Positions 12,178 to 25,400 of a stretch of DNA of 64,000 nt are shown here, piece after piece. Positions within the stretch are counted from its first letter, which is position 1. Each line of letters starts with the position of its first letter. The notes under the pieces were generated by a model. It was not told the origin of the DNA. It worked only from the letters and a program-made list of their open reading frames with translations, and did not search any database. The position numbers were made by a program, and so were the translations under genes. Origin of the DNA: Eukaryota sp. GEM-RC1 (Eukaryota); assembly GCA_040285855.1 (NCBI GenBank), contig JAUFOQ010000006.1, forward strand, positions 1,240,001 to 1,304,000, written 5' to 3'.

Positions 12178-13957
12178 GAGAGATGTTTATTCGGCACCCA
12201 ATAAGGTAACCTTTCTACAAACTATGAAATTGTAGAAACAAACAAATAATACTAAGATTAAATCCAAACGACTTCATCACCACCCGGTAAAAGATTACGT
12301 TTATCTACATGAACCTTCACACCAAACTTGTACAATTTCTCAATTAATCTAGAGAAATAGAAAGGCATATTCCGATATATGGAAAACACTATACGGTTTT
12401 TCCATTCAGCCATTCTAAACTTACGCTTCTTTTCTTTACACAATTCTTCGAAATCCTTGAAAAATTGATCACCAGCAGGACTAATAGATCCAAAAAGAGA
12501 AACAGCAAAAGGTTGAAACACAAATTTGGAATATGAGTTTCTATTTAATTCTTCTACTTGAGAGTCATACTTGGTGTGTTTGAGCTTTTCAGCTGCTGTT
12601 AATGGATTAAAAGAAGAATCTAATATCCTACTAACACAAGATTTGTTACATACATCTACTGTAGTAAAATCCATTAATGCTTGACTCGATTTAAGCCACG
12701 GAGTATGTAGATCCCCTCGTTTTTGATCAGTAAATTCATTTTCTGAAAGATGATTCAAAACTGGTTCAACTTTAGAGTGAAAACCATGTGCTTTAAACAT
12801 GGAATAACAAGAATCACGTACACCATCATGAATTACTGCACGGAGATGAATAAAATAACGACAATTAATTAAATGACGAAAAACACCATTAGCTCCACAA
12901 GAGCACGTTGAATAGTTTAATAAATTTGCAGGCCAAATAGCCAAACGAAGACGCATATTGATCATCCAAGCTTCATCAGATAGATGTAATCCATACACCT
13001 TTGGAATTTGAGAAATAAATCCAGAAGGTCCACTATTACAAAGATCGATTAAAAAAGCAGCGAACTCGGGACTATTAGTTTTAGCCAAGCTAATACGATT
13101 ATTAAAGTCCAAGAGTTCAAACTCCTTGTCAATTTATTTTGCAGCTTACATACAGCAGATGGTAGAGATGAAATATTTTTTAAAGGAGTCTCCTTCAAAT
13201 GAGCAGGGAACAAAGATTCCCACATTTCAGGAGACAAAGATGATAACAAATCTTTAGCAGATTGAATCCAACGGCAATTACTGGAATTCAACAGATTGAT
13301 TCCATCCAAGGGAAACCGTTTCAAAAATTCAAACATAAAATTCTTAACACCTCCTAAAAGAGCAGATTTTCTAATGATTTTTGCATGGGTGAAACCTACT
13401 CCTGCGAATTCAGAAGAATAAAAAGCATGAAATGGAATCTTAGACTCATCAATTTCAGCCAAGTTAGAGAGAAAATTTGTTCTAATAGAATTAAATTTCT
13501 TGGCAAATGTTTCAGTAAGGGAATAGTCTAATGAACGTAAAAAATGATTAATTTTCCCGGAAAAACAGACCTGAAGCATAGCAAAGGAAACATGTTTGCT
13601 CACATCTAAAGATAATATTTGATTTAGTTTTTCTTCAATTGTAGTTAATGAACTCTCCAATTCTGAATGAATTTTCTCATAATTTCCCAAAAACGTGCCA
13701 AGGAAACGAAAACATTGAGTAGAATAATCGATGATAGGAATATTACAAAAACCAAGATTAGAAACATTCGAAGACTTAACAACAAGAAAACACTTATCAA
13801 AATTGATTGTTAAACCAATACTCAAAGAAAGTTCGATGAAACGTGAAAAACACTTTTTGAGAACGTCAACTGGAGCGATCAGCGAAGAATCATCAGCATA
13901 AGCACAAATTTTAACAGTTGGAAATTCTAATTGTAAGATTTTAAATAATTTTTGCAG
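12178..13957 (-). mobile_element. Young CRE-like retrotransposon family A, 5'-truncated (1.78 kb), inserted in a satellite monomer
   Basis: YADD near 13895; 258 and 284 aa ORFs covering thumb, CSCG..H..C..H knuckle and RGDL..DFT..AEK.K RLE. 3' AATAAAC-(TC)n tail. AGAATT TSD (12172-12177, 13958-13963). Confidence 0.93.
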
Positions 13958-14248
13958 AGAATTTGTTTTAAAATAAATAATGTAAAATAAGAGTTTAAAA
14001 CTCCGTTACAGATTCGCACTTCTTCTCAGAATTTGTTTAAAATTAATACAGTATATTCATTTGTTCTATTTAGGGAAGTTGTAAGAATCACGAATGAAAG
14101 ACAACACAATCATCATTTTTGATCAAGGGCTAGCAATTTAGCGGATCTACTTGTAAGTCTCATAATAGCAGATTAGCCACAATCAATCAGGCAAACTCTC
14201 TTAAATGTGTCTCAGTCGACGCCCAAATTGATTCAGTCAATTATCACT

Positions 14249-15880
14249 GTCAACATTCAATTGGTTAATTAATGTGGCAGTACTTTGTATTTTTTCCTTT
14301 TTCAGCCACTTCAAGAGCAGAAAAAATCATCAAAATTTTTTGAAATTGATCTTGAATTACAAGGATCAACAGTCGTGAAATCCATGATAATTTCCTGACA
14401 AGATAACCAAGGACCAATCAAATCACCACGACTTCTATCAACTTTTGGCTGATCAGACAGATTAGCAAGTAAAGGTTCAATTTTTCCATGAAAACCATTA
14501 GCCTTAAACATATCCCGGATACTGTTGTGAATTATTGATCTAAAATGAATAAATTGATGACAGTTAACTAAATGATGAAAATGTGAAGCCTTTGAACGAC
14601 CACAAAGACAGGGAGAATGCTGCAAAAGACCTGAAGGCCATAAACCTAACCTAAGTCTCATGTTTTTAAGCCATTCATGATCCTTAAAATTAAAACAAAA
14701 TTTTCTTGGCAAACGAGAAACAAATGAAGACGCAGAGCTTGAGAAAATATCATTCAAAAAAAGCACAAAAAGCGGACTCTTCGTCTTAGCCAAGCTAATA
14801 CGGTTGTTAAAGTCCAAGCTTCCGTGAAACAAAACAAACTTCTTCTGTAACTTGCGAACACATAAAGGCAAAGAGAAAATACTTCTCTGCTGAATTTCTG
14901 TCACCCCAACATGAAATAAATCTGACCACAAATTGGAGTCAAGATTATCAATCAAATTTTATAGACTAATTAACCATGCACAAGGTGAGTGAAGTAAAAA
15001 ATCTTTCGTTTTCCATAACACAGGATAACGATTCTGTAATTCAAACAAAAAATTCTTTAAAGACCCCAAAAAGGCACCATCACGCATGTACTTAGCTTTC
15101 GTGAAACCAATACCACCCAAAGAATTAGAAGTGAAACAATGAGAAGGAAGTGAAGAGTCTTTGTTACCAACCAGATAACTAACAAAATTTGTGCGCAATG
15201 AATTACAATTACGAGATAATTCGAGAGTTAGTTCAGGCGGTAAACCACCTACAAAGTGATTAATTTTACCAACCGAAGAACGTCCAATGACAAGACATTT
15301 TTGAAAATTAATTGACAAACCAATAAAGACAATTCAACAAAACGAGGAAAACTCGATTCAATGACTTCCAAAGGGCCAACCAAAGAGGTATCATCAGCAT
15401 CCGAGTTTAACCTTAATCCTGGGAATTCGCTTGAGAATTTGCGAAGAATTCTTGCCACGGCAAACAGAAAAGAAAAGAGTCCAACGGATCACCTTGTTTG
15501 ACACCACGAGTGGATGAAATCGTATGTTCGTGAAAAATTAATGAAGATGAATAACATAATTTAAAAATAAGACATCAATTCAGGAAAATGGTCTAACAGT
15601 TCCAAGTGAATCTGTGACCGATAAACACAATTGAACGCATTTTTGTAATCAACGTTCAATACATAATTTTCTGCATTTGAATTGAAAAAGATGTCAGTCA
15701 TCAAACTAGCACTAATTGTACCATCTACAATTCCAATGCAATACTGAAAAGGTCTGAAATATTCCACAGCCTTACTTTTCATCTTTTCAAAACAAAGTGA
15801 TGAAAATAGTCTACACACATATTCGCCAATTGCAATTGGTCGAACACCATTACACGGTTTAGATAAAGCTACTGAACGAC
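14249..15880 (-). mobile_element. Family B fragment, uninterrupted (segmental copy 4); both ends truncated
   Basis: Contiguous RT-thumb-knuckle-RLE motifs with frameshifts. YADD is mutated to DADD. Confidence 0.9.
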
Positions 15881-16199
15881 TTTTTCAACACAAGAAGAAA
15901 TTTGTGTGGCTTTTGTGAAGATTGTAAAAGAAAAAAACATCTAGGACTTTTGATCTTAGATTTTGGAAAAGTCGAATTGTGTTTGCTATTTTTAAAGGTA
16001 TGGTGACTTCTGTATCTAGCGCTTTATTATCTCTTGGCAGACATTATGAAGATAAGGTAGGTGAAAATTTCCAGTTAGGCAATCTGGACTTTGAGGATAT
16101 TGATTATTAGATGTATGTACACTGTAGTGTTATTGTCTATTACATTTAGAATAAATAATGATGTATGTACACTATAGTGTTGTTGTAAATAAAAAAAAA
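15881..16199 (+). mobile_element. Family C 3' end, copy 4
   Basis: As copy 1, with long 3' UTR and poly(A). Confidence 0.75.
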
Positions 16200-18261
16200 T
16201 TTAAACAGATAGAAATAAAATTGATAAACATCTATAGATGCAACATTGATGCTTTATGAAATGATAAAAGTAGTAATCCAGAAATGACGGTCCTTTTGGA
16301 GTGTGACACTGGTACAGTCTGATCAAATTAATTGGGATGGATACAGATTGTTTGTACTCGCACACTTACAGATGGAGGAATTTAAAACTGCATTACAGTT
16401 TCGCACTTCTTCTCAGAATTTGTTTTAAAATAAATAATGTAAAATAAGAGTTTAAAACTCCATTACAGATTCGCACTTCTTCTCAGAATATGTTTAAAAG
16501 CAAATACAGTATACTCATTTGTTCTATTTAGGGAAGTTGTAAGAAACACGAATGAAAGACAACGCAATCATTATTTTTGATCAAGGGCTAGCAATTTAAC
16601 GGATCTACTTGTAAGTCTCATAATAGCAGATTAGACACAATCAATCAGGCAAACTCCCTTAAATGTATCTCAGTCGATGCCCAAATTGATTCAGTCAATT
16701 ATCACTAAGTATCAAGACCAACTGTACACTTAACCCTCCTAATTCAGCCTCGATTTTCAACAGATAGAAATAGAATTGATAAACATGTGTAGATGCAAAC
16801 ATTGGTGTCCTATGAAGTGACAAAAGTAGTAATCCAGAAATGACGGTCCTTTTGGAGTGTGACACTGGTACAGTCTGATCAAATTAATTGGGATGGATAC
16901 AGATTGTTTGTACTCGCACACTTACAGATGGAGGAATTTAAAACTGCATTACAGTTTCGCACTTCTTCTCAGAATTTGTTTTAAAATAAATAATGTAAAA
17001 TAAGAGTTTAAAACTCCATTACAGATTCGCACTTCTTCTCAGAATTTGTTTAAAAGCAAATACAGTATACTCATTTGTTCTATTTAGGGAAGTTGTAAGA
17101 AACACGAATGAAAGACAACGCAATCATTATTTTTGATCAAGGGCTAGCAATTTAATGGATCTACTTGCAAGTCTCATAATAGCAGATTAGACACAATCAA
17201 TCAGGCAAACTCCCTTAAATGTGTCTCAGTCGATGCCCAAATTGATTCAGTCAATTATCACTAAGTATCAAGACCAACTGTACACTTAACCCTCCTAATT
17301 CAGCCTCGATTTTCAACAGATAGAAATAGAATTGATAAACATGTGTAGATGCAAACATTGGTGTCCTATGAAGTGACAAAAGTAGTAATCCAGAAATGAC
17401 GGTCCTTTTGGAGTGTGACACTGGTACAGTCTGATCAAATTAATTGGGGTGGATACAGATTGTTTGTACTCGCACACTTACAGATGGAGGAATTTAAAAC
17501 TGCATTACAGTTTCGCACTTCTTCTCAGAATTTGTTTTAAAATAAATAATGTAAAATAAGAGTTTAAAACTCCATTACAGATTCGCACTTCTTCTCAGAA
17601 TTTGTTTAAAATCAAATACAGTATACTCATTTGTTCTATTTAGGGAAGTTGTAAGAAACACGAATGAAAGACAACGCAATCATTACTTTTGATCAAGGGC
17701 TAGCAATTTAATGGATCTACTTGTAAGTCTCATAATAGCAGATTAGACACAATCAATCAGGCAAACTCCCTTAAATGTGTCTCAGTCGATGCCCAAATTG
17801 ATTCAGTCAATTATCACTAAGTATCAAGACCAACTGTACACTTTACCCTCCTAATTCAGCCTCGATTTTCAACAGATAGAAATAGAATTGATAAACATGT
17901 GTAGATGCAAACATTGGTGTCCTATGAAGTGACAAAAGTAGTAATCCAGAAATGACGGTCCTTTTGGAGTGTGACACTGGTACAGTCTGATCAAATTAAT
18001 TGGGATGGATACAGATTGTTTGCACTCGCACACTTACAGATGGAGGAATTTAAAACTGCATTACAGTTTCGCACTTCTTCTCAGAATTTGTTTAAAAGCA
18101 AATACAGTATACTCATTTGTTCTATTTAGGGAAGTTGTAAGAAACACGAATGAAAGACAACGCAATCATTACTTTTGATCAAGGGCTAGCAATTTAATGG
18201 ATCTACTTGTAAGTCTCACAATAGCAGATTAGACACAATCAATCAGGCAAACTCCCTTAAA

Positions 18262-19411
18262 GAGAGAGATGTTTATTCGGCACCCAATAAGGTAACCTTT
18301 CTACAAACTATGAAATTGTAAAAACAAACAAATAATACTAAGATTAAATCCAAACGACTTCATCACCACCCGGTAAAAGATTACGTTTATCTACATGAAC
18401 CTTCACACCAAACTTGTACAATTTCTCAATTAATCTAGAGAAATAGAAAGGCATATTCCGATATATGGAAAACACTATACGGTTTTTCCATTCAGCCATT
18501 CTAAACTTACGCTTCTTTTCTTTACACAATTCTTCGAAATCCTTGAAAAATTGATCACCAGCAGGACTAATAGATCCAAAAGAGAAACAGCAAAAGGTTG
18601 AAACACAAATTTGGAATATGAGTTTCTATTTAATTCTTCTACTTGAGAGTCATACTTGGTGTGTTTGAGCTTTTCAGCTGCTGTTAATGGATTAAAAGAA
18701 GAATCTAATATCCTACTAACACAAGATTTGTTACATACATCTACTGTAGTAAAAATCCATTAATGCTTGACTCGATTTAAGCCACGGAGTATGTAGATCC
18801 CCTCGTTTTTGATCAGTAAATTCATTTTCTGAAAGATGATTCAAAACTGGTTCAACTTTAGAGTGAAAACCATGTGCTTTAAACATGGAATAACAAGAAT
18901 CACGTACACCATCATGAATTACTGCACGGAGATGAATAAAATAACGACAATTAATTAAATGACGAAAAACACCATTAGCTCCACAAGAGCACGTTGAATA
19001 GTTTAATAAATTTGCAGGCCAAATAGCCAAACGAAGACGCATATTGATCATCCAAGCTTCATCAGATAGATGTAATCCATACACCTTTGGAATTTGAGAA
19101 ATAAATCCAGAAGGTCCACTATTACAAAGATCGATTAAAAAAGCAGCGAACTCGGGACTATTAGTTTTAGCCAAGCTAATACGATTATTAAAGTCCAAGA
19201 GTTCAAACTCCTTGTCAATTTATTTTGCAGCTTACATACAGCAGATGGTAGAGATGAAATATTTTTTAAAGGAGTCTCCTTCAAATGAGCAGGGAACAAA
19301 GATTCCCACATTTCAGGAGACAAAGATGATAACAAATCTTTAGCAGATTGAATCCAACGGCAATTACTGGAATTCAACAGATTGATTCCATCCAAGGGAA
19401 ACCGTTTCAAA
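18262..19411 (-). mobile_element. Family A retrotransposon, 5'-truncated (1.15 kb), in the satellite array
   Basis: Near-identical to 12178-13327 with (GA)n tail on the + strand. 5' junction at AAAT microhomology; little or no TSD. Confidence 0.93.
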
Positions 19412-22400
19412 AATGTGTCTCAGTCGATGCCCAAATTGATTCAGTCAATTATCACTAAGTATCAAGACCAACTGTACACTTCACCCTCCTAATTCAGCCT
19501 CGATTTTCAACAGATAGAAATAGAATTGATAAACATGTGTAGATGCAAACATTGGTGTCCTATAAAGTGACAAAAGTAGTAATCCAGAAATGACGGTCCT
19601 TTTGGAGTGTGACACTGGTACAGTCTGATCAAATTAATTGGGATGGATACAGATTGTTTGTACTCGCACACTTACAGATGGAGGAATTTAAAACTGCATT
19701 ACAGTTTCGCACTTCTTCTCAGAATTTGTTTTAAAATAAATAATGTAAAATAAGAGTTTAAAACTCCATTATAGATTCGCACTTCTTCTCAGAATTTGTT
19801 TAAAAGCAAATACAGTATACTCATTTGTTCTATTTAGGGAAGTTGTAAGAAACACGAAGGAAAGACAACGCAATCATTACTTTTGATCAAGGGCTAGCAA
19901 TTTAATGGATCTACTTGTAAGTCTCATAATAGCAGATTAGACACAATCAATCAGGCAAACTCCCTTAAATGTGTCTCAGTCGATGCCCAAATTGATTCAG
20001 TCAATTATCACTAAGTATCAAGACCAACTGTACACTTAACCCTCCTAATTCAGCCTCCATTTTCAACAGATAGAAATAGAATTGATAAACATGTGTAGAT
20101 GCAAACATTGGTGTCCTATGAAGTGACTAAAGTAGTAATCCAGAAATGACGGTCCTTTTGGAGTGTGACACTGGTACAGTCTGATCAAATTAATTGGGAT
20201 GGATACAGATTGTTTTGTACTCGCACACTTACAAATGGAGGAATTTAAAACTGCATTACAGTTTCGCACTTCTTCTCAGAATTTGTTTTAAAATAAATAA
20301 TGTAAAATAAGAGTTTAAAACTCCATTACAGATTCGCACTTCTTCTCAGAATTTGTTTTAAAATAAATAATGTAAAATAAGAGTTTAAAACTCCATTACA
20401 GATTCGCACTTCTTCTCAGAATTTGTTTAAAATTAATACAGTGTACTCATTTGTTCTATTTAGGGAAGTTGTAAGAAACACGAATGAAAGACAACGCAAT
20501 CATTACTTTTGATCAAGGGCTAGCAATTTAATGGATCTACTTGTAAGTCTCATAATAGCAGATTAGACGCAATCAATCAGGCAAACTCCCTTAAATGTGT
20601 CTCAGTCGATGCCCAAATTGATTCAGTCAATTATCACTAAGTATCAAGACCAACTGTACACTTAACCCTCCTAATTCAGCCTCGATTTTCAACAGATAGA
20701 AATAGAATTGATAAACATGTGTAGATGCAAACATTGGTGTCCTATGAAGTGACTAAAGTAGTAATCCAGAAATGACGGTCCTTTTGGAGTGTGACACTGG
20801 TACAGTCTGATCAAATTAATTGGGATGGATACAGATTGTTTGTACTCGCACACTTACAGATGGAGGAATTTAAAACTCCATTACAGATTCGCACTTCTTC
20901 TCAGAATTTGTTAAAAAGCAAATACAGTATACTCATTTGTTCTATTTAGGGAAGTTGTAAGAAACACGAATGAAAGACAACGCAATCATTACTTTTGATC
21001 AAGGGCTAGCAATTTAATGGATCTACTTGTAAGTCTCATAATAGCAGATTAGACACAATCAATCAGGCAAACTCCCTTAAATGTGTCTCAGTCGATGCCC
21101 AAATTGATTCAGTCAATTATCACTAAGTATCAAGACCAACTGTACACTTAACCCTCCTAATTCAGCCTCCATTTTCAACAGATAGAAATAGAATTGATAA
21201 ACATGTGTAGATGCAAACATTGGTGTCCTATGAAGTGACAAAAGTAGTAATCCAGAAATGACGGTCCTTTTGGAGTGTGACACTGGTACAGTCTGATCAA
21301 ATTAATTGGGGTGGATACAGATTGTTTGCACTCGCACACTTACAGATGGAGGAATTTAAAACTGCATTACAGTTTCGCACTTCTTCTCAGAATTTGTTTT
21401 AAAATAAATAATGTAAAATAAGAGTTTAAAACTCCATTACAGATTCGCACTTCTTCTCAGAATTTGTTTAAAAGCAAATACAGTATACTCATTTGTTCTA
21501 TTTAGGGAAGTTGTAAGAAACACGAATGAAAGACAACGCAATCATTACTTTTGATCAAGGGCTAGCAATTTAATGGATCTACTTGTAAGTCTCATAATAG
21601 CAGATTAGACACAATCAATCAGGCAAACTCTCTTAAATGTGTCTCAGTCGATGCCCAAATTGATTCAGTCAATTATCACTAAGTATCAAGACCAACTGTA
21701 CACTTAACCCTCCTAATTCAGCCTCGATTTTCAACAGATAGAAATAGAATTGATAAACTTGTGTAGATGCAAACATTGGTGTCCTATGAAGTGACAAAAG
21801 TAGTAATCCAGAAATGACGGTCCTTTTGGAGTGTGACACTGGTACAGTCTGATCAAATTAATTGGGATGGATACAGATTGTTTGTACTCGCACACTTACA
21901 GATGGAGGAATTTAAAACTGCATTACAGTTTCGCACTTCTTCTCAGAATTTGTTTAAAAGCAAATACAGTATACTCATTTGTTCTATTTAGGGAAGTTGT
22001 AAGAAACACGAATGAAAGACAACGCAATCATTACTTTTGATTAAGGGCTAGCAATTTAATGGATCTACTTGTAAGTCTCATAATAGCAGATTAGACACAA
22101 TCAATCAGGCAAACTCCCTTAAATGTGTCTCAGTCGATGCCCAAATTGATTCAGTCAATTATCACTAAGTATCAAGACCAACTGTACACTTAACCCTCCT
22201 AATTCAGCCTCGATTTTCAACAGATAGAAATAGAATTGATACACTTACAGTCTGATCAAATTAATTGGGATGGATACAGATTGTTTGTACTCGCACACTT
22301 ACAGATGGAGGAATTTAAAAATGCATTACAGTTTAGCACTTCTTCTCAGAATTTGTTTTAAAATAAATAATGTAAAATAAGAGTTTAAAACTCCATTATA

Positions 22401-25400
22401 GATTCGCACTTCTTCTCAGAATTTGTTTAAAAGCAAATACAGTATACTCATTTGTTCTATTTAGGGAAGTTGTAAGAAACACGAATGAAAGACAACGCAA
22501 TCATTACTTTTGATCAAGGGCTAGCAATTTAATGGATCTACTTGTAAGTCTCATAATAGCAGATTAGACACAATCAATCAGGCAAACTCCCTTAAATGTG
22601 TCTCAGTCGATGCCCAAATTGATTCAGTCAATTATCACTAAGTATCAAGACCAACTGTACACTTTACCCTCCTAATTCAGCCTCGATTTTCAACAGATAG
22701 AAATAGAATTGATAAACATGTGTAGATGCAAACATTGGTGTCCTATGAAGTGACAAAAGTAGTAATCCAGAAATGACGGTCCTTTTGGAGTGTGACACTG
22801 GTACAGTCTGATCAAATTAATTGGGGTGGATACAGATTGTTTGCACTCGCACACTTACAGATGGAGGAATTTAAAACTGCATTACAGTTTCGCACTTCTT
22901 CTCAGAATTTGTTTTAAAATAAATAATGTAAAATAAGAGTTTAAAACTGCATTACAGTTTCGCACTTCTTCTCAGAATTTGTTTAAAATCAAATACAGTA
23001 TACTCATTTGTTCTATTTAGGGAAGTTGTAAGAAACACGAATGAAAGACAACGCAATCATTACTTTTGATCAAGGGCTAGCAATTTAATGGATCTACTTG
23101 TAAGTCTCATAATAGCAGATTAGACACAATCAATCAGGCAAACTCCCTTAAATGTGTCTCAGTCGATGCCCAAATTGATTCAGTCAATTATCACTAAGTA
23201 TCAAGACCAACTGTACACTTTACCCTCCTAATTCAGCCTCGATTTTCAACAGATAGAAATAGAATTGATAAACATGTGTAGATGCAAACATTGGTGTCCT
23301 ATGAAGTGACAAAAGTAGTAATCCAGAAATGACGGTCCTTTTGGAGTGTGACACTGGTACAGTCTGATCAAATTAATTGGGATGGATACAGATTGTTTGT
23401 ACTCGCACACTTACAGATGGAGGAATTTAAAACTGCATTACAGTTTCGCACTTCTTCTCAGAATTTGTTTTAAAATAAATAATGTAAAATAAGAGTTTAA
23501 AACTCCATTACAGATTCGCACTTCTTCTCAGAATTTGTTTAAAAGCTAATACAGTATACTCATTTGTTCTATTTAGGGAAGTTGTAAGAAACACGAATGA
23601 AAGACAACGCAATCATTACTTTTGATCAAGGGCTAGCAATTTAATGGATCTACTTGTAAGTCTCACAATAGCAGATTAGACACAATCAATCAGGCAAACT
23701 CCCTTAAATGTGTCTCAGTCGATGCCCAAATTGATTCAGTCAATTATCACTAAGTATCAAGACCAACTGTACACTTAACCCTCCTAATTCAGCCTCGATT
23801 TTCAACAGATAGAAATAGAATTGATAAACATGTGTAGATGCAAACATTGGTGTCCTATGAAGTGACTAAAGTAGTAATCCAGAAATGACGGTCCTTTTGG
23901 AGTGTGACACTGGTACAGTCTGATCAAATTAATTGGGATGGATACAGATTGTTTGTACTCGCACACTTACAGATGGAGGAATTTAAAACTGCATTACAGT
24001 TTCGCACTTCTTCTCAGAATTTGTTTTAAAATAAATAATGTAAAATAAGAGTTTAAAATTCCATTACAGATTCGCACTTCTTCTCAGAATTTGTTTAAAA
24101 GCAAATACAGTATACTCATTTGTTCTATTTAGGGAAGTTGTAAGAAACACGAATGAAAGACAACGCAATCATTATTTTTGATCAAGGGCTAGCAATTTAA
24201 TGGATCTACTTGTAAGTCTCATAATAGCAGATTAGACACAATCAATCAGGCAAACTCCCTTAAATGTTTCTCAGTCGATGCCCAAATTGATTCAGTCAAT
24301 TATCACTAAGTATCAAGACCAACTGCACACTTAACCCTCCTAATTCAGCCTCGATTTTCAACAGATAGAAATAGAATTGATACACTTACAGTCTGATCAA
24401 ATTAATTGGGATGGATACAGATTGTTTGTACTCGCACACTTACAGATGGAGGAATTTAAAAATGCATTACAGTTTCGCACTTCTTCTCAGAATTTGTTTT
24501 AAAATAAATAATGTAAAATAAGAGTTTAAAACTGCATTACAGTTTCGCACTTCTTCTCAGAATTTGTTTTAAAATAAATAATGTAAAATAAGAGTTTAAA
24601 ACTGCATTACAGTTTCGCACTTCTTCTCAGAATTTGTTTTAAAATAAATAATGTAAAATAAGAGTTTAAAACTCCATTACAGATTCGCACTTCTTCTCAG
24701 AATTTGTTTAAAAGCAAATACAGTATACTCATTTGTTCTATTTAGGGAAGTTGTAAGAAACACGAATGAAAGACAACGCAATCATTACTTTTGATCAAGG
24801 GCTAGCAATTTAATGGATCTACTTGTAAGTCTCACAATAGCAGATTAGACACAATCAATCAGGCAAACTCCCTTAAATGTGTCTCCGTCGATGCCCAAAT
24901 TGATTCAGTCAATTATCACTAAGTATCAAGACCAACTGTACACTTAACCCTCCTAATTCAGCCTCGATTTTCAACAGATAGAAATAGAATTGATAAACAT
25001 GTGTAGATGCAAACATTGGTGTCCTATGAAGTGACAAAAGTAGTAATCCAGAAATGACGGTCCTTTTGGAGTGTGACACTGGTACAGTCTGATCAAATTA
25101 ATTGGGATGGATACAGATTGTTTGTACTCGCACACTTACAGATGGAGGAATTTAAAAATGCATTACAGTTTCGCACTTCTTCTCAGAATTTGTTTTAAAT
25201 TAAATAATGTAAAATAAGAGTTTAAAACTGCATTACAGTTTCGCACTTCTTCTCAGAATTTGTTTTAAAATAAATAATGTAAAATAAGAGTTTAAAACTC
25301 CATTACAGATTCGCTCTTCTTCTCAGAATTTGTTTAAAAGCAAATACAGTATACTCATTTGTTCTATTTAGGGAAGTTGTAAGAAACACGAATGAAAGAC

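Noticed and set aside
16520..16745. Telomere-like TTTAGGG and TAACCCT words in the monomer
   Set aside because: Single, non-tandem occurrences compatible with chance; the retrotransposons do not insert at them.
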